Notes: generated by a model from the sequence alone, not told the origin. A stretch of 51,745 bases of DNA from Actinomycetota bacterium (GCA_041164085.1 JBEAQC010000001.1:1-51745), one strand, 5' to 3'; positions 28,916 through 39,207 are shown, counted from the stretch's first letter. Numbers and translations: made by a program.

Positions 28916-30358
28916 ATGGCGACGGCGACCCCGGGGTCCACCTCACCCGCGGCGACCCTCCTGGCGGTCGCCGATGGGCTGGGTGGCTTGGCCGCTCGCT
29001 TCGCCGAGGCCGGGCATGAGCTCGCCCTCGTAGGAGGCCCCGTCCGCGACATCATGCTGGGTCGCCCGGGCGTCATGAATGACCTCGATCTGACCACCGA
29101 TGCCCGTCCCGAACGGATCGAAGAGTTGGTCTCCGGCTGGGCCGATCATGTCTGGGACGTCGGCATGCGCTTCGGCACGGTCGGTGCGCGCAAGGGCGAC
29201 CGTCACCTGGAGATCACGACGTACCGCCGCGAGTCCTACGACCCCGACTCGCGCAAGCCGGAGGTGACCTTCGGCGACACGCTCGCCGGTGATCTGGCTC
29301 GGCGTGACTTCACGGTCAACGCCATGGCGGTGAGGCTGCCGACGCTCGAGTTCGTCGACCTCCACGACGGCATGGCCGATCTCGCTGCCGGCATCCTGCG
29401 TACGCCGATCACACCAGAGGAGTCCTTCGGCGACGATCCGCTGCGCATGATGCGTGCGGCGCGCTTCGTGTCGCAGTTGGGATTCACCATCGACGATCCC
29501 GTGCTCACCGCGATGACGGCAATGGCGCCGCGGCTGGAGATCGTGTCGGCCGAACGCATCCGCGATGAGCTGAGCAAACTGCTGCTCTCTGCTCGCCCGC
29601 GACTCGGTCTCGCCGTGCTGGTGGAGACCGGTCTGGCCGACTACGTCCTGCCTGAGTTGCCCGGCCTGAAGCTCGAGATCGACGAGCATCATCGCCACAA
29701 GGACGTCTACGAGCACTCGCTCACCGTCATGGAGCAGGCGATGGACCTCGAGACCTCGCACCAGCCGACGACCGAACCCGACCTGGTCCTGCGGCTAGCC
29801 GCGCTCCTGCATGACATCGGCAAGCCTAAGACGCGACGCTTCGAGAAGGACGGCGGCGTGTCCTTCCATCACCACGAAGTCGTGGGCGCACGCATGGTGC
29901 GCAAGCGGCTGACCGCGCTGCGCTACCCGAACGATGTCGTGGACGACGTGGCCCAACTGACCGAGTTGCACCTGCGCTTCCATGGATATGGCAGTGGCGA
30001 GTGGACGGACTCCGCGGTGCGGCGCTACGTGCGCGATGCCGGCGAGCAACTCACGCGTCTGCACAAGCTCACCCGAGCGGATTCCACGACACGCAACCGC
30101 AAGCGGGCCGAGGCTCTGCAGCGCGCGTACGACAGTCTCGAGCAGCGCATCGCACAACTGTCGGAGCAGGAGGAGTTGGCCGCGATCCGTCCGGATCTTG
30201 ACGGCAATCAGATCATGCAGATTCTCGGGATCCCGCCCGGCCGCGAGGTCGGGGCGGCGTACAACCACCTGCTCGAACTCAGGCTTGATCGTGGTCCACT
30301 CGGACCGGACGAGGCCGAGCGTGAACTTCGCGCCTGGTGGGAGGCCCGAGACAACTAG
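28916..30358 (+). CDS. CCA tRNA nucleotidyltransferase (PcnA-like) with HD domain
   Basis: [44 protein letters not shown]. Confidence 0.95.
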   Translation: MATATPGSTSPAATLLAVADGLGGLAARFAEAGHELALVGGPVRDIMLGRPGVMNDLDLTTDARPERIEELVSGWADHVWDVGMRFGTVGARKGDRHLEITTYRRESYDPDSRKPEVTFGDTLAGDLARRDFTVNAMAVRLPTLEFVDLHDGMADLAAGILRTPITPEESFGDDPLRMMRAARFVSQLGFTIDDPVLTAMTAMAPRLEIVSAERIRDELSKLLLSARPRLGLAVLVETGLADYVLPELPGLKLEIDEHHRHKDVYEHSLTVMEQAMDLETSHQPTTEPDLVLRLAALLHDIGKPKTRRFEKDGGVSFHHHEVVGARMVRKRLTALRYPNDVVDDVAQLTELHLRFHGYGSGEWTDSAVRRYVRDAGEQLTRLHKLTRADSTTRNRKRAEALQRAYDSLEQRIAQLSEQEELAAIRPDLDGNQIMQILGIPPGREVGAAYNHLLELRLDRGPLGPDEAERELRAWWEARDN

Positions 30359-31593
30359 GCCGGGACGTCCTCCGTGTCGGCGGTCCGCGTTGTTGCGGCC
30401 CAGACCTGGATCAGCGCGAGGAGGATGAGCGCGATTACCGCGGCCCAGATGGTGCGGGCGACCGACAGGTCATTGCCGATGATGACGATGAGCACGAAGA
30501 TGGCGGCGACCCCGACGCGGAGCCACCGTGCATTGCTGGCCACCCATGCTCCGGAGTTGGTGATCGGGCCTGGCGGGATCGTGCCAGCGATGTCCGACGC
30601 GAGGTTGTTGACCCCGGCCCGCAACTCCGCCGCCCATCGCGCGCCGCAGAGGTAGAGGCCGACGGCCAAGATGATGACGCCGATCACGATGAGGGAGTAC
30701 GCCCCGTTGTAGAGGAACTTCAGCAACTGGTCGTAGAACGTCTGGGATGCCTGCGCGAACGGCGTGTTCTCGAGGGTGTTGACGAAGACCCGCTCGCCGA
30801 TGCCCAGCCCGATGACGAGCCCCAGCCCGCCCACTGCTGCGCCGCCTCCGGCCCACGCGGCCATGCGGGGTCGGCGTCGAGCGAGGAAGACGGCCCCAAC
30901 GAGGAGGATCACCGCGATCCAGATGAGGCTGGCGGCGATCGGGGATGTCAGCGAGTAGATCGTGCGAATCTGCGCGAGCTGGGGGGCCTCAAGCAGGACG
31001 ATCTGGCGATCGGTCTCCGGGACGCTGATGTTGGCTGCGGCGCCGAAGCCCCGATCGACCAGGCCCTGCTTGACCTGGTCGATGAGCGCGCTGATGTCGA
31101 GCACGACCTCATCGCCTTGCAGTGTGACCGGGCCGGCGTCGTTGCCCTCGAGAATGGCCATGATCGACTTCTGCGCCGCGGTGTTGGCGAGATTCCACAG
31201 TTCCTGGAATTGCTCGGATCGCACGAGTCGATCGACGACCTGCGCAATGAGTGAGTCGATTGCGCCCGCCACGATCGGGACGAGGGCCTTGAGGGAGGGG
31301 TACTCCTCGATGAGTCCGGCGAACACCTGGTTGACCAGCGCCTCGGGGTCGACCTGCTCCTCGATCTTGTCGGTGATGAAGACCGACAGGGAGTCTTGGA
31401 TCTGCTCGCTGTAGGCGAGGGGCCCCATCGTCTCGATGTAGCGCTCGGAGTCGGTCACGGTGCGATTGCCCCAGTAGGTGACCGTGCCCAGGGGGAGCAG
31501 GCCGAGGCCCAGGATCAAGGCGACCACAGCCGCGATGGAGCGGGCTCCGATACGTCGCGGGGCTGCCGTGGACTGTGCGGGGGTCTCGGTCAC
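30355..31593 (-). CDS. Multi-TM integral membrane protein of unknown function
   Basis: N-terminal TM, DSERYIETMGPLA, helical extracytoplasmic region, several C-terminal TMs. Likely start GTG 31593. Confidence 0.75.
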   Translation of the reverse strand: MTETPAQSTAAPRRIGARSIAAVVALILGLGLLPLGTVTYWGNRTVTDSERYIETMGPLAYSEQIQDSLSVFITDKIEEQVDPEALVNQVFAGLIEEYPSLKALVPIVAGAIDSLIAQVVDRLVRSEQFQELWNLANTAAQKSIMAILEGNDAGPVTLQGDEVVLDISALIDQVKQGLVDRGFGAAANISVPETDRQIVLLEAPQLAQIRTIYSLTSPIAASLIWIAVILLVGAVFLARRRPRMAAWAGGGAAVGGLGLVIGLGIGERVFVNTLENTPFAQASQTFYDQLLKFLYNGAYSLIVIGVIILAVGLYLCGARWAAELRAGVNNLASDIAGTIPPGPITNSGAWVASNARWLRVGVAAIFVLIVIIGNDLSVARTIWAAVIALILLALIQVWAATTRTADTEDVPA

Positions 31594-31603
31594 GTGCCGC
31601 AGC

Positions 31604-32902
31604 CTAGTCCTCGGCTCGCCGCCTCTCGCGAGCTTTGGCACCGATACCGCGGTACCACGCCGCATTGACCGCGATCAGCACTCCGACGACGACCACGGCG
31701 ATGGGGGCGATTCCGGATTCCGGGCTGGTGAAGGCAACCGCCACGATGCCCGCGACGAGGGCCACATTGACGGCCACATCGAAGAGGGAGAAGACCCGGC
31801 CGAGGTAGTCGTCGTCGATCTCGCGTTGGATGAGGGTGTCGCTCGCGACCTTCGCTGCCTGGTTGGCGAAGCCGAGGGATAGCGCAGCGATGAGGAGCGG
31901 CCACAGCGCCGGCAGGTACATCCCGGCGAGAACGCCTGCGGCGACCACCGGAGCCGCCTGCGCTACGGCGATGACGGTCCACGGCACGTAGCCGATGCGA
32001 CGTACCCGGCCGGGGGTGACGATCGCGCCGAGGAGTGCACCGAGTGCTGCTGCCGCGGTGACGAACGCGAATTGCCCGAGTGCGGCGTCGGCATCACCCG
32101 AGGCATTGAACGTGTTGCGGATGAGGAGGAGCCCGAGCACCGTGAGGGCTCCGAACGCGATGCGTTGGACGATGACGACCACCACCGCGCGACCGGCGAC
32201 CGGGTGCTGGACCAATTGACGGAGTCCGTCGCCGAGCCCCTGGAGGACGCCGAGCAAGGAATTGCGCACGGTGTCTTCATCGGGACCGAGCCGGTCCTTG
32301 GGCAGTGTCGCGGCGATCAGGGCCGCGAGGACGTAGGACGCGATGGCGCAGACGAGGACGACAACGCTTCCGGTATCCCCGCCCCCGGCGACGGCACGGA
32401 TGACAACACCGACCAGGCCTCCGATCGCTGCGGCGATGGTCCCGGCCGTGGGCGTGAGCGCATTGGCGGTGACCAGGAGCGGGCCATCGACCACGTGCGG
32501 CAGGGACGCTGCGACACCTGCCAGCACGAAGCGAGCCACCCCGAGGACGAGCAGCACGCTCACCGCGAGGTCGAGACCGTCATGGCGGACCCACACGAGG
32601 GCGGCGACACCGATGACGAGCAGCCCGCGCAGGAGATTGGCGTAGACGAGCACCTGACGACGCCGCCATTCGTCGAGGAAGACACCGGCGAAGGGACCGA
32701 CGAGCGAATAGGGAAGGAAGAGCACGGCGAAGGCACCGGCGACGGACGCCGCCGTCGGTTGACGCTCAGGTGAAAAGAGGACGAAGGTGGCCAGGGCTGC
32801 CTGGAGCAGGCCATCACCGAACTGGCCGGCGAGGCGGACTCCGAAGAGACGGCGGAAGTCGCGAACAGCGACGACGGCGCGCAGATTGCTCAGGGCCGCC
32901 AC
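31604..32902 (-). CDS. MFS transporter
   Basis: FRRLFGVRLAGQFGDG, GPFAGVFLDEWRRRQVL motif A, YLGRVFSLFD; conserved next to the CCA gene in actinomycetes. Confidence 0.9.
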   Translation of the reverse strand: MAALSNLRAVVAVRDFRRLFGVRLAGQFGDGLLQAALATFVLFSPERQPTAASVAGAFAVLFLPYSLVGPFAGVFLDEWRRRQVLVYANLLRGLLVIGVAALVWVRHDGLDLAVSVLLVLGVARFVLAGVAASLPHVVDGPLLVTANALTPTAGTIAAAIGGLVGVVIRAVAGGGDTGSVVVLVCAIASYVLAALIAATLPKDRLGPDEDTVRNSLLGVLQGLGDGLRQLVQHPVAGRAVVVVIVQRIAFGALTVLGLLLIRNTFNASGDADAALGQFAFVTAAAALGALLGAIVTPGRVRRIGYVPWTVIAVAQAAPVVAAGVLAGMYLPALWPLLIAALSLGFANQAAKVASDTLIQREIDDDYLGRVFSLFDVAVNVALVAGIVAVAFTSPESGIAPIAVVVVGVLIAVNAAWYRGIGAKARERRRAED

Positions 32903-32949
32903 TCGCTCAGGCTAGCCGCAGGCGACCGTGACCTCGCTAGCCTCCGGCT

Positions 32950-33408
32950 ATGGCAGCACCGCGCTTGTCGATCACGATCGACTGCCGCAACCCGGGGCTC
33001 CTCGCCCCCTTCTGGTGCGAGGTCCTCGGGTACATCCCGGAGGCTCCACCTGGGGGTCACGCATCCTGGCTCGCGTACTGGCGCGCGATTGGCATTTCTG
33101 AGACGGAGCTCGAGGGTGTCGATCACAGCACGTGTGATTCGATCGTGGATCCCTCCGGAGTGCGGCCGCGCATCTGGTTCCAGGTCGTTCCCGAGGCGAA
33201 GACGCACAAGAACCGCGTCCATATCGACGTCGATGTCACCGGCGGTCGGTCGGCGGACCTTGCCCGTCGACGTGAGGCCGTGGACGCCGAGGCCGCGCGC
33301 CTGATCGACCTTGGCGCTCAGCTCGTGGCAACACTCGCCCCGGCAGGAGCGGACTACTACGCGGTGACAATGGCGGATCCCGAGGGCAACGAGTTCTGCC
33401 TCTCCTGA
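32950..33408 (+). CDS. VOC/glyoxalase-family protein
   Basis: ITIDC..LAPFW, FQVVPEAK..KNRVHIDV, MADPEGNEFC. Confidence 0.9.
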   Translation: MAAPRLSITIDCRNPGLLAPFWCEVLGYIPEAPPGGHASWLAYWRAIGISETELEGVDHSTCDSIVDPSGVRPRIWFQVVPEAKTHKNRVHIDVDVTGGRSADLARRREAVDAEAARLIDLGAQLVATLAPAGADYYAVTMADPEGNEFCLS

Positions 33409-33458
33409 CTCGGATGAGGGCCGCACGCGGAGCAGCTGAGCCTGGGTCGCAGACCGGA

Positions 33459-34289
33459 CTACGCCTCGTTGAAGTCGTCGGGGTTCGGGCCGGTGCGTCT
33501 CCCCGAGTCAAGGGTGGCGATCGCCGCCATGTCGGTGTCGGCGAGCTCGAAGTCGAAGACGTCGATGTTCTGCTCGATGCGCGCCGGCGTCACGGACTTG
33601 GGCAGCACGATGTTGCCCAGCTGGATGCTCCAGCGCACCATCACCTGGGCGGGCGACTTGCCGTGCTTGGCGGCCACGTCGGCGATCACCGGATCGTCGA
33701 TGAGTCGCCCGGAGCCGAGCGGGCTCCAGGCCTCTGTCTTGATGCCGAGGCGGGCGTCGATATCGCGCATGTGGGTCTGTGGCAGCCACGGGTGGAGCTC
33801 GATCTGATTCATGGCGGGGATCACGCCGGTCTCGTCGATGATCTTGCGCAGGTGCGCCTCGTGGAAGTTGGAGACGCCGATGGAGCGCGCCCGACCCTCC
33901 TCGCGCAGGCGGATGAGCGCGCGCCAGGAGTCGAGGTAGATGTCCCGCGCCGGGGTCGGCCAGTGGATGAGATAGAGGTCGACCTCATCGATCCCGAGGA
34001 GACCTGTGCTCTTGTCGAAGGCACGCAGGGTCTCGTCATACCCGTGATCGGTGTTCCACACCTTGGTCGTGACGAAGACGTCATCACGGTCGAGTCCACT
34101 GCGACGCAGAGCCTCTCCGACACCGCGCTCGTTGTGATAGAGGTACGCCGTATCGATGTGGCGGTAGCCGACCTCGAGCGCCTTGAGCGTGGCGTCGACG
34201 ACCACGTCGTCCGGGACCTGCCAGACGCCGAAGCCGATGACCGGGATAGAACGGCCGTCGTTCATCTCGACGAGCGGGGCGAAGACCAT
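33459..34289 (-). CDS. Aldo/keto reductase (2,5-DKG reductase-like)
   Basis: GFGVWQ, GYRHIDTAYLY, FVTTKVW, DLYLIHWP, SIGVSNF, NQIELHP, LPKS. Confidence 0.95.
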   Translation of the reverse strand: MVFAPLVEMNDGRSIPVIGFGVWQVPDDVVVDATLKALEVGYRHIDTAYLYHNERGVGEALRRSGLDRDDVFVTTKVWNTDHGYDETLRAFDKSTGLLGIDEVDLYLIHWPTPARDIYLDSWRALIRLREEGRARSIGVSNFHEAHLRKIIDETGVIPAMNQIELHPWLPQTHMRDIDARLGIKTEAWSPLGSGRLIDDPVIADVAAKHGKSPAQVMVRWSIQLGNIVLPKSVTPARIEQNIDVFDFELADTDMAAIATLDSGRRTGPNPDDFNEA

Positions 34290-34365
34290 GGTGACTCCCT
34301 CGGGTGACGTGGCGCCCAGTCTCCCAGGGCTCGCCGACGAGGGCGACCCGACCTACAGTGCAGTG

Positions 34366-34596
34366 GTGTCCGCTCCCCTGGCCGATCGCCCGCTCACGCA
34401 GCCGCACCCCTCGCGTCTGCCGGCGACCCACCCGGCGTACGCCGAGATCATCGGGGTGCACGAGGCAGCGATGGCAGCGGGTCAGCCGGGCTACGCCGAT
34501 CCGGTGACGGGCTTTTTCGTCATGACAGCACAGACCCACGCGACCAGGGGTTTCTGCTGCGACAACGGCTGCCGCCACTGCCCCTACGTGGCCTAG
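34366..34596 (+). CDS. Small Cys-rich protein (DUF5522-like)
   Basis: HEAAM..GQPGYADPVTG...RGFCCDNGCRHCPY. GTG 34366 lies six nt after TACAGT. Confidence 0.8.
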   Translation: MSAPLADRPLTQPHPSRLPATHPAYAEIIGVHEAAMAAGQPGYADPVTGFFVMTAQTHATRGFCCDNGCRHCPYVA

Positions 34597-34646
34597 GAGC
34601 GCCAGCGTCACCGCGTCGATTGTGCGGCTGCGTGATGGGGACGTGT

Positions 34647-34695
34647 GAACTTCGGGACGAATGCGCGCGTGGGCGACGCTTTTGTCCCCGCGTTC
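34647..34695. repeat. Long imperfect intergenic hairpin
   Basis: GAAC..GGGACGAA.GCGCGC / GCG.CGC.TTTGTCCC..GTTC arms. Confidence 0.4.
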
Positions 34696-34762
34696 GGGTG
34701 TGGAGCGCCGGGCTCTGTGCGCAGCCCGCGCATCATCGGCCACTCTCGCTTAGGGTGCTGGC

Positions 34763-35281
34763 ATGGCAGAGCCACGGTCGACGAGCACGCGCGGCGCGCG
34801 CGTCATCGGCGAGCGCGGCAAGCCCAAGCCTGAGCGCACCGCGCCGGAGGAGATCGCCAACCCTGCCGCTCAGCGCCGAGTGGTCAACTACGCGCTCCAG
34901 CGACGTGCGGTCCTGCGCGGGCTATACGGCGGACAGGCCTTCAACGGCTTCGACATCTGCGATGCCGATCCCTACCTGCTGCGCGCCGCGCGCTTCCATG
35001 GCACTCCGACCGAGGACCCCTGTCCCGTCTGCCGTGTCACCGACGGCCGTGAGCGACTCACCCACGTCACGTATGCCTACGGCGAACAGCTCGGTCACCT
35101 CGCTGGCTCGGCGGTGGATCCGGCTCGCTTGCCGAGCATGGCCTTTGAGTACGGCGAGTTCCGCGTCTACGTGGTCGAAGTGTGCGCGACCTGCCACTGG
35201 AACCATCTGGTCACCAGTTACGTCCTCGGCGACGGCAAGCCCCGCAAGGCGCCAGCCAAGCCGCGCGACCTGCTCGACTAG
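34763..35281 (+). CDS. DUF5318-family protein (Rv0049-like)
   Basis: VVNYALQRRAVL, CDADPYLLRAARFHG, CPVC, YVVEVCATCHWNHLV. Confidence 0.88.
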   Translation: MAEPRSTSTRGARVIGERGKPKPERTAPEEIANPAAQRRVVNYALQRRAVLRGLYGGQAFNGFDICDADPYLLRAARFHGTPTEDPCPVCRVTDGRERLTHVTYAYGEQLGHLAGSAVDPARLPSMAFEYGEFRVYVVEVCATCHWNHLVTSYVLGDGKPRKAPAKPRDLLD

Positions 35282-36930
35282 GTCCGCGCCGGCTCTGGCG
35301 CGGACTCGTCCTCGTCCTCTCGCCGTCGATCGGCCGGGAGCCCGAACGAGGCAATGAGCGCGATCACCATGGCCCCGCCGGCCACGCCGGCCATGATCTG
35401 CACCGCACGCGTGTAGGACTGCTTGGCCTCCGTGGCGACATCAGCCATCCCCGGCTGCTGCTCCAGCGGCACGATCGCCTCTCCTGAGGAGTCGACCACC
35501 TGATCGACGATCTGCGTGCGCTGCTCCTCGGACAACTGGGGCTGATTGACCGCGAGGTCATTGCTGAGGGCGAGGCCGAGTGACACGAAGAGCACGGTGC
35601 CGAGCATGGCGGATCCGAGCGTGGAGCCGACCTGTCGCAGCGTGGATGTGACCGATGATGCGCCCCCGGAGCGCTGCGGGGGCACGTCCGTGAGGATGAC
35701 GTTGGTGAGCTGTGCGCTGTCGAAGCCGAGTCCGACGCCATAGATGAAGAGTGGGATCGCCATCCACCAGGCGGAGCGGTCGACGCTGATCGTGAGAATC
35801 ACCCCCACGATGCCCAGGATCTCGAGCACCATGCCGAGGCGTACGACGCGTGTGGATCCGAGTGCGGCAGACACGTGCCGCGCCGCTCCGCCGGCCAGCA
35901 CCGCGCCGATGCCGAGGATCGCGAGCAGGGCGCCGGTCTGCAGCGGGCTGAAGGACTGCACGGATTGCAGCCAGAGCGGCAGCGCGAAGAGCACGCCGAA
36001 CTCTCCGAGCGAGACCAGTGTCGCGACGATGTTGCCGTAGCCATAACGGCGGATGCGGAACAGCGACAGGTCCATCAGCACGCTCTTGCCCGCCTTGGCA
36101 CGCCGTGACTGGGAGACGACGAAGAGCGCGAGGAGCAGCGCTCCGATGGCGAGGGTGACGGGCACCGGGGAGAGTGCGCCCGGCTGCAGCGAGATGGGGC
36201 CGAGGTCCCACGAAGTGATGAGCGTCCACCAGCCGAGGGCCTGGCCCTCGATCAGGGCGAAGACGACGAGCCCGAGACCGATCGACGACATGAAGACCCC
36301 GCCGATATCGAGGCGCTTCTTGTCGGATCCCTTCGACTCGACGATGATGAACTTCACCATCACGAGGCTGATGAGCCCGAGTGGCACGTTGATGTAGAAC
36401 GCCCACCGCCAGGATGCGACGTCGGCGAGCCAGCCGCCCAGGAGCGGCCCGAATGCTGCCATGCCGCCGAAGACTGCGCCCCACAGGCCGAAGGCCGCTG
36501 CGCGCATGGGGCCCCGGAAGTTGACGTTGATGATGGCCATGGACGTGGGCAGCATCATCGCTCCGCCCACCGCTTCGCCGGCCCGGGCGAGGATGAGCAT
36601 GTCGCCGCTTTGGGCTGCGCCTGCGAGCAGGTTGAATGCGATGAAGATCGCGGTGCCGATCATGAACATCCGCTTGCGCCCGATGCGGTCGGACAGCACA
36701 CCGAAGGTGATGAGCAGCGCTGCGAAGACCAGGGAGTAGATCGAGGTCACCCAGAGCACCGAGGTCCGGTCGATCCCGAGGTCCTGCACGATGGTGGGGA
36801 TCAGGACGTTGACGATGCTGCCCTCGAGCACGATGAGGGAAACGCCGAGCAGGAGTGCGACCAGGGCGAGCCATGGTCTCGCCTGAGTGCCTGCCTCCGG
36901 TTGACGGGCGGATGCCTGCTGTGTCGTCAC
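35278..36930 (-). CDS. DHA2-family (14-TM) MFS efflux transporter
   Basis: GVLSDRIGRKRMF, GPLLGGWL, WRWAFYINVPLG, DLSLFR. Start GTG 36930 after GGAGG (ATG 36945 is an alternative). Confidence 0.9.
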   Translation of the reverse strand: MTTQQASARQPEAGTQARPWLALVALLLGVSLIVLEGSIVNVLIPTIVQDLGIDRTSVLWVTSIYSLVFAALLITFGVLSDRIGRKRMFMIGTAIFIAFNLLAGAAQSGDMLILARAGEAVGGAMMLPTSMAIINVNFRGPMRAAAFGLWGAVFGGMAAFGPLLGGWLADVASWRWAFYINVPLGLISLVMVKFIIVESKGSDKKRLDIGGVFMSSIGLGLVVFALIEGQALGWWTLITSWDLGPISLQPGALSPVPVTLAIGALLLALFVVSQSRRAKAGKSVLMDLSLFRIRRYGYGNIVATLVSLGEFGVLFALPLWLQSVQSFSPLQTGALLAILGIGAVLAGGAARHVSAALGSTRVVRLGMVLEILGIVGVILTISVDRSAWWMAIPLFIYGVGLGFDSAQLTNVILTDVPPQRSGGASSVTSTLRQVGSTLGSAMLGTVLFVSLGLALSNDLAVNQPQLSEEQRTQIVDQVVDSSGEAIVPLEQQPGMADVATEAKQSYTRAVQIMAGVAGGAMVIALIASFGLPADRRREDEDESAPEPART

Positions 36931-36982
36931 CGTGTCCTCCGTCATCGGGGTCCATCGTGGGATGCACCGTGACGCTACCGAA

Positions 36983-37009
36983 GGAACGTCCCCAGGGAAT
37001 CCTGCGTCA
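36983..37009 (+). promoter_or_regulatory. Candidate SigM-type ECF promoter upstream of ponA
   Basis: GGAAC 36983-36987, 17-nt spacer, CGTCA 37005-37009. Confidence 0.45.
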
Positions 37010-37081
37010 CACCGCGGCGTGCCGTGGCCGGTGAGACGGGTGGGGCACGTGATCATGGAAGGCCGTCTCGAGGAGGACACC

Positions 37082-39166
37082 GTGGCAGCCAAGGGCAGCC
37101 GGCACGCCAGGGCGCAGGCTGAGCAGCCGCGCCGCAAGCGGCGCTGGATCCGAGGCACCTTCCTCACCCTGTTCTTCCTCGGCCTGCTCGGTGCCGGAGC
37201 TTTTGCGGCCGCTGTCTTCCTCACGCCGGTGCCCGACCCCAACGAGGTCGCCCGCACCGAGGCGACGGTCGTCTACTACTCCGACGGCTCGACGGAGATC
37301 GGCCGGCTCGGCGACTCGACCCGCCGTAGCGTCGCGCTGGCTGACGTGCCGCTCGATGTGCAGCGCGCCGTGCTCGCCGCGGAGGATCGCGACTTCTATG
37401 AGCACGGCGGCTTCTCGCCGGTGGGCATTGGCCGCGCGGTCTACAACAACGTCAGCGGAGGCGCGGTCCAGGGCGGATCGACGATCACGCAGCAGTACGC
37501 GAAGAACGCCTACCTGTCGTCCGAGCGTTCCTTCACGCGCAAGGCACGCGAGCTCATCCTCAGCGTCAAGTTGGAAGCGACCGTGGGCAAGGAGGAGATC
37601 CTCGAGGACTACCTCAACACGATCTACTTCGGTCGGGGCGCGTACGGCGTTGAAGCCGCGTCGCGGGCGTACTTCGGTGTCCCAGTGACCGAACTCAACT
37701 ACGAGCAGGGCGCCGTCCTCGCCTCACTCATCAAGGCGCCCAGTTTTTACGCCGACAATCGCAAGGAGCTCAAGGCCCGCTGGCGCTATGTCATCGACTC
37801 GATGGCCCAGGTCGGCTGGATCACCCCGCAGCAGTTGGATCGGGCCTCCTTCCCCCAGATCATCAAGCCCACCAACACCAACCGCCTCGGGGGGCAGGTC
37901 GGCTATCTCCTCGAGGCGGTCAAGGCAGATCTGCGCGCCCTCGGCTACACCGATCAGGAGATCGAGGCAGGCGGCCTGCGGATCATCACGACCTTCGACG
38001 CGGGTGCCCAGGCCGCGGCGGTGGCCGCGGTGCAGGCAGTTGGTCCGACAGAGGGCACCGAGGGCCTGCGCATCGGGCTGGTCGCCGTGCGGCCGGGCAC
38101 GGGCGAGGTGGTGGCGATGTACGGCGGACGTGACTACGTGAGTGACCCGATCAACAACGCCACGCGACCGTTCGCGCAGGCAGGGTCGACGTTCAAGACC
38201 TTCGCGCTCACGGCCGCCGTCGAGCAGGGAATCGACCTCGACTCGGTGTGGGACGGCAATTCGCCGGCGGAGATCCAGGGCTACTCCGTGCGCAACTACG
38301 GCGACGCGTCGTTTGGCGAGGTCAACCTGCGGACCGCGACGGCGGCATCCATCAACACGGCGTATGTCGCCGTCGAGGATCAGGTGGGTGTCGACAATGT
38401 CGCGGATGCGGCGTACCGCCTGGGGCTGCCGGCGGATACTCCGGGACAGTCGCCGGATGCACTGGACCTGACCTTCGTGCTGGGCACTGCGTCACCCTCC
38501 GGCATCGCCATGGCGAATTCATACGCCACGCTCGCGGCGCGAGGTCAGCGCGCGGGCACGACGACGGTCAAGGAGGTCTACGGCACCAACGGCGGCCTGC
38601 AGTACGCGTGGGATCCGCCGCGCGAGCAGGTGGTCAGCAGCGAGGTCGCGGATACGGTGACGTCCGCGCTGCAGTCGGTGATCGCAGGCGGGACGGCGAC
38701 GGGGGCGCAGGCCCTCGGCCGACCCGCTGCGGGCAAGACCGGCACGAGCAATGAGAACAAGTCGATGTGGTTCGTCGGCTACACGCCGCAGTTGTCGACC
38801 GCCGTGCTCATGGCCCAGGAGGACGGCCAGGGCATCCCCATCCCGCTCGACGGCCTCAGCGGCGGTGCACCGGCCTACGGTGGCGGCGGCTACACGGTCG
38901 CGATCTGGACGGCATTCATGCAGGCCGCACTTGCGAGCCTTCCCGTGGCCGACTTCGTCATGCCCATCGTGATCCCGAGTCCGGCGCCCACGAGCGAATC
39001 CCCGTCTCCGACCGAGAGCCCCACCGAGTCCCCGACCCCGGAGCCCTCCCCCACGGAGTCTCCGACGCCGGAGCCGACGCCGACACCCGAACCGACGCCG
39101 ACGCCGGAGCCCTCACCCACGGAGTCTCCAACGCCGGAACCCTCGATCGCAGGAGACCCGGAGTAG
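37082..39166 (+). CDS. ponA: Class A penicillin-binding protein (PonA1-like)
   Basis: Transglycosylase AAEDRDFYEHGG, GGSTITQQYAKN, YLNTIYFGRGAYG; transpeptidase STFK, SIN, KTG; GTG 37082 after GGAGG. Confidence 0.95.
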   Translation: MAAKGSRHARAQAEQPRRKRRWIRGTFLTLFFLGLLGAGAFAAAVFLTPVPDPNEVARTEATVVYYSDGSTEIGRLGDSTRRSVALADVPLDVQRAVLAAEDRDFYEHGGFSPVGIGRAVYNNVSGGAVQGGSTITQQYAKNAYLSSERSFTRKARELILSVKLEATVGKEEILEDYLNTIYFGRGAYGVEAASRAYFGVPVTELNYEQGAVLASLIKAPSFYADNRKELKARWRYVIDSMAQVGWITPQQLDRASFPQIIKPTNTNRLGGQVGYLLEAVKADLRALGYTDQEIEAGGLRIITTFDAGAQAAAVAAVQAVGPTEGTEGLRIGLVAVRPGTGEVVAMYGGRDYVSDPINNATRPFAQAGSTFKTFALTAAVEQGIDLDSVWDGNSPAEIQGYSVRNYGDASFGEVNLRTATAASINTAYVAVEDQVGVDNVADAAYRLGLPADTPGQSPDALDLTFVLGTASPSGIAMANSYATLAARGQRAGTTTVKEVYGTNGGLQYAWDPPREQVVSSEVADTVTSALQSVIAGGTATGAQALGRPAAGKTGTSNENKSMWFVGYTPQLSTAVLMAQEDGQGIPIPLDGLSGGAPAYGGGGYTVAIWTAFMQAALASLPVADFVMPIVIPSPAPTSESPSPTESPTESPTPEPSPTESPTPEPTPTPEPTPTPEPSPTESPTPEPSIAGDPE
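38977..39143 (+). repeat. Pro/Ser/Thr/Glu coding repeats (SPTESPTPEP, PTPEPT) in the PBP tail
   Basis: Repeated CCCACGGAGTCTCCGACGCCGGAG-like units. Confidence 0.8.
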
Positions 39167-39207
39167 GGCACGACGTACCCTGGGCCCTTCAGCGACGAAG
39201 GAGTCAC

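Noticed and set aside
36928-37084. 13-bp inverted repeat CACCGTGTCCTCC / GGAGGACACCGTG flanking the MFS-ponA intergenic region (possible invertible switch)
   Set aside because: Both copies are simply SD plus GTG of the divergent genes, and no recombinase is nearby.
38977-39143. Tandem repeats that might be a CRISPR array or VNTR
   Set aside because: In-frame Pro-rich PBP tail, with no unique spacers and no cas genes.
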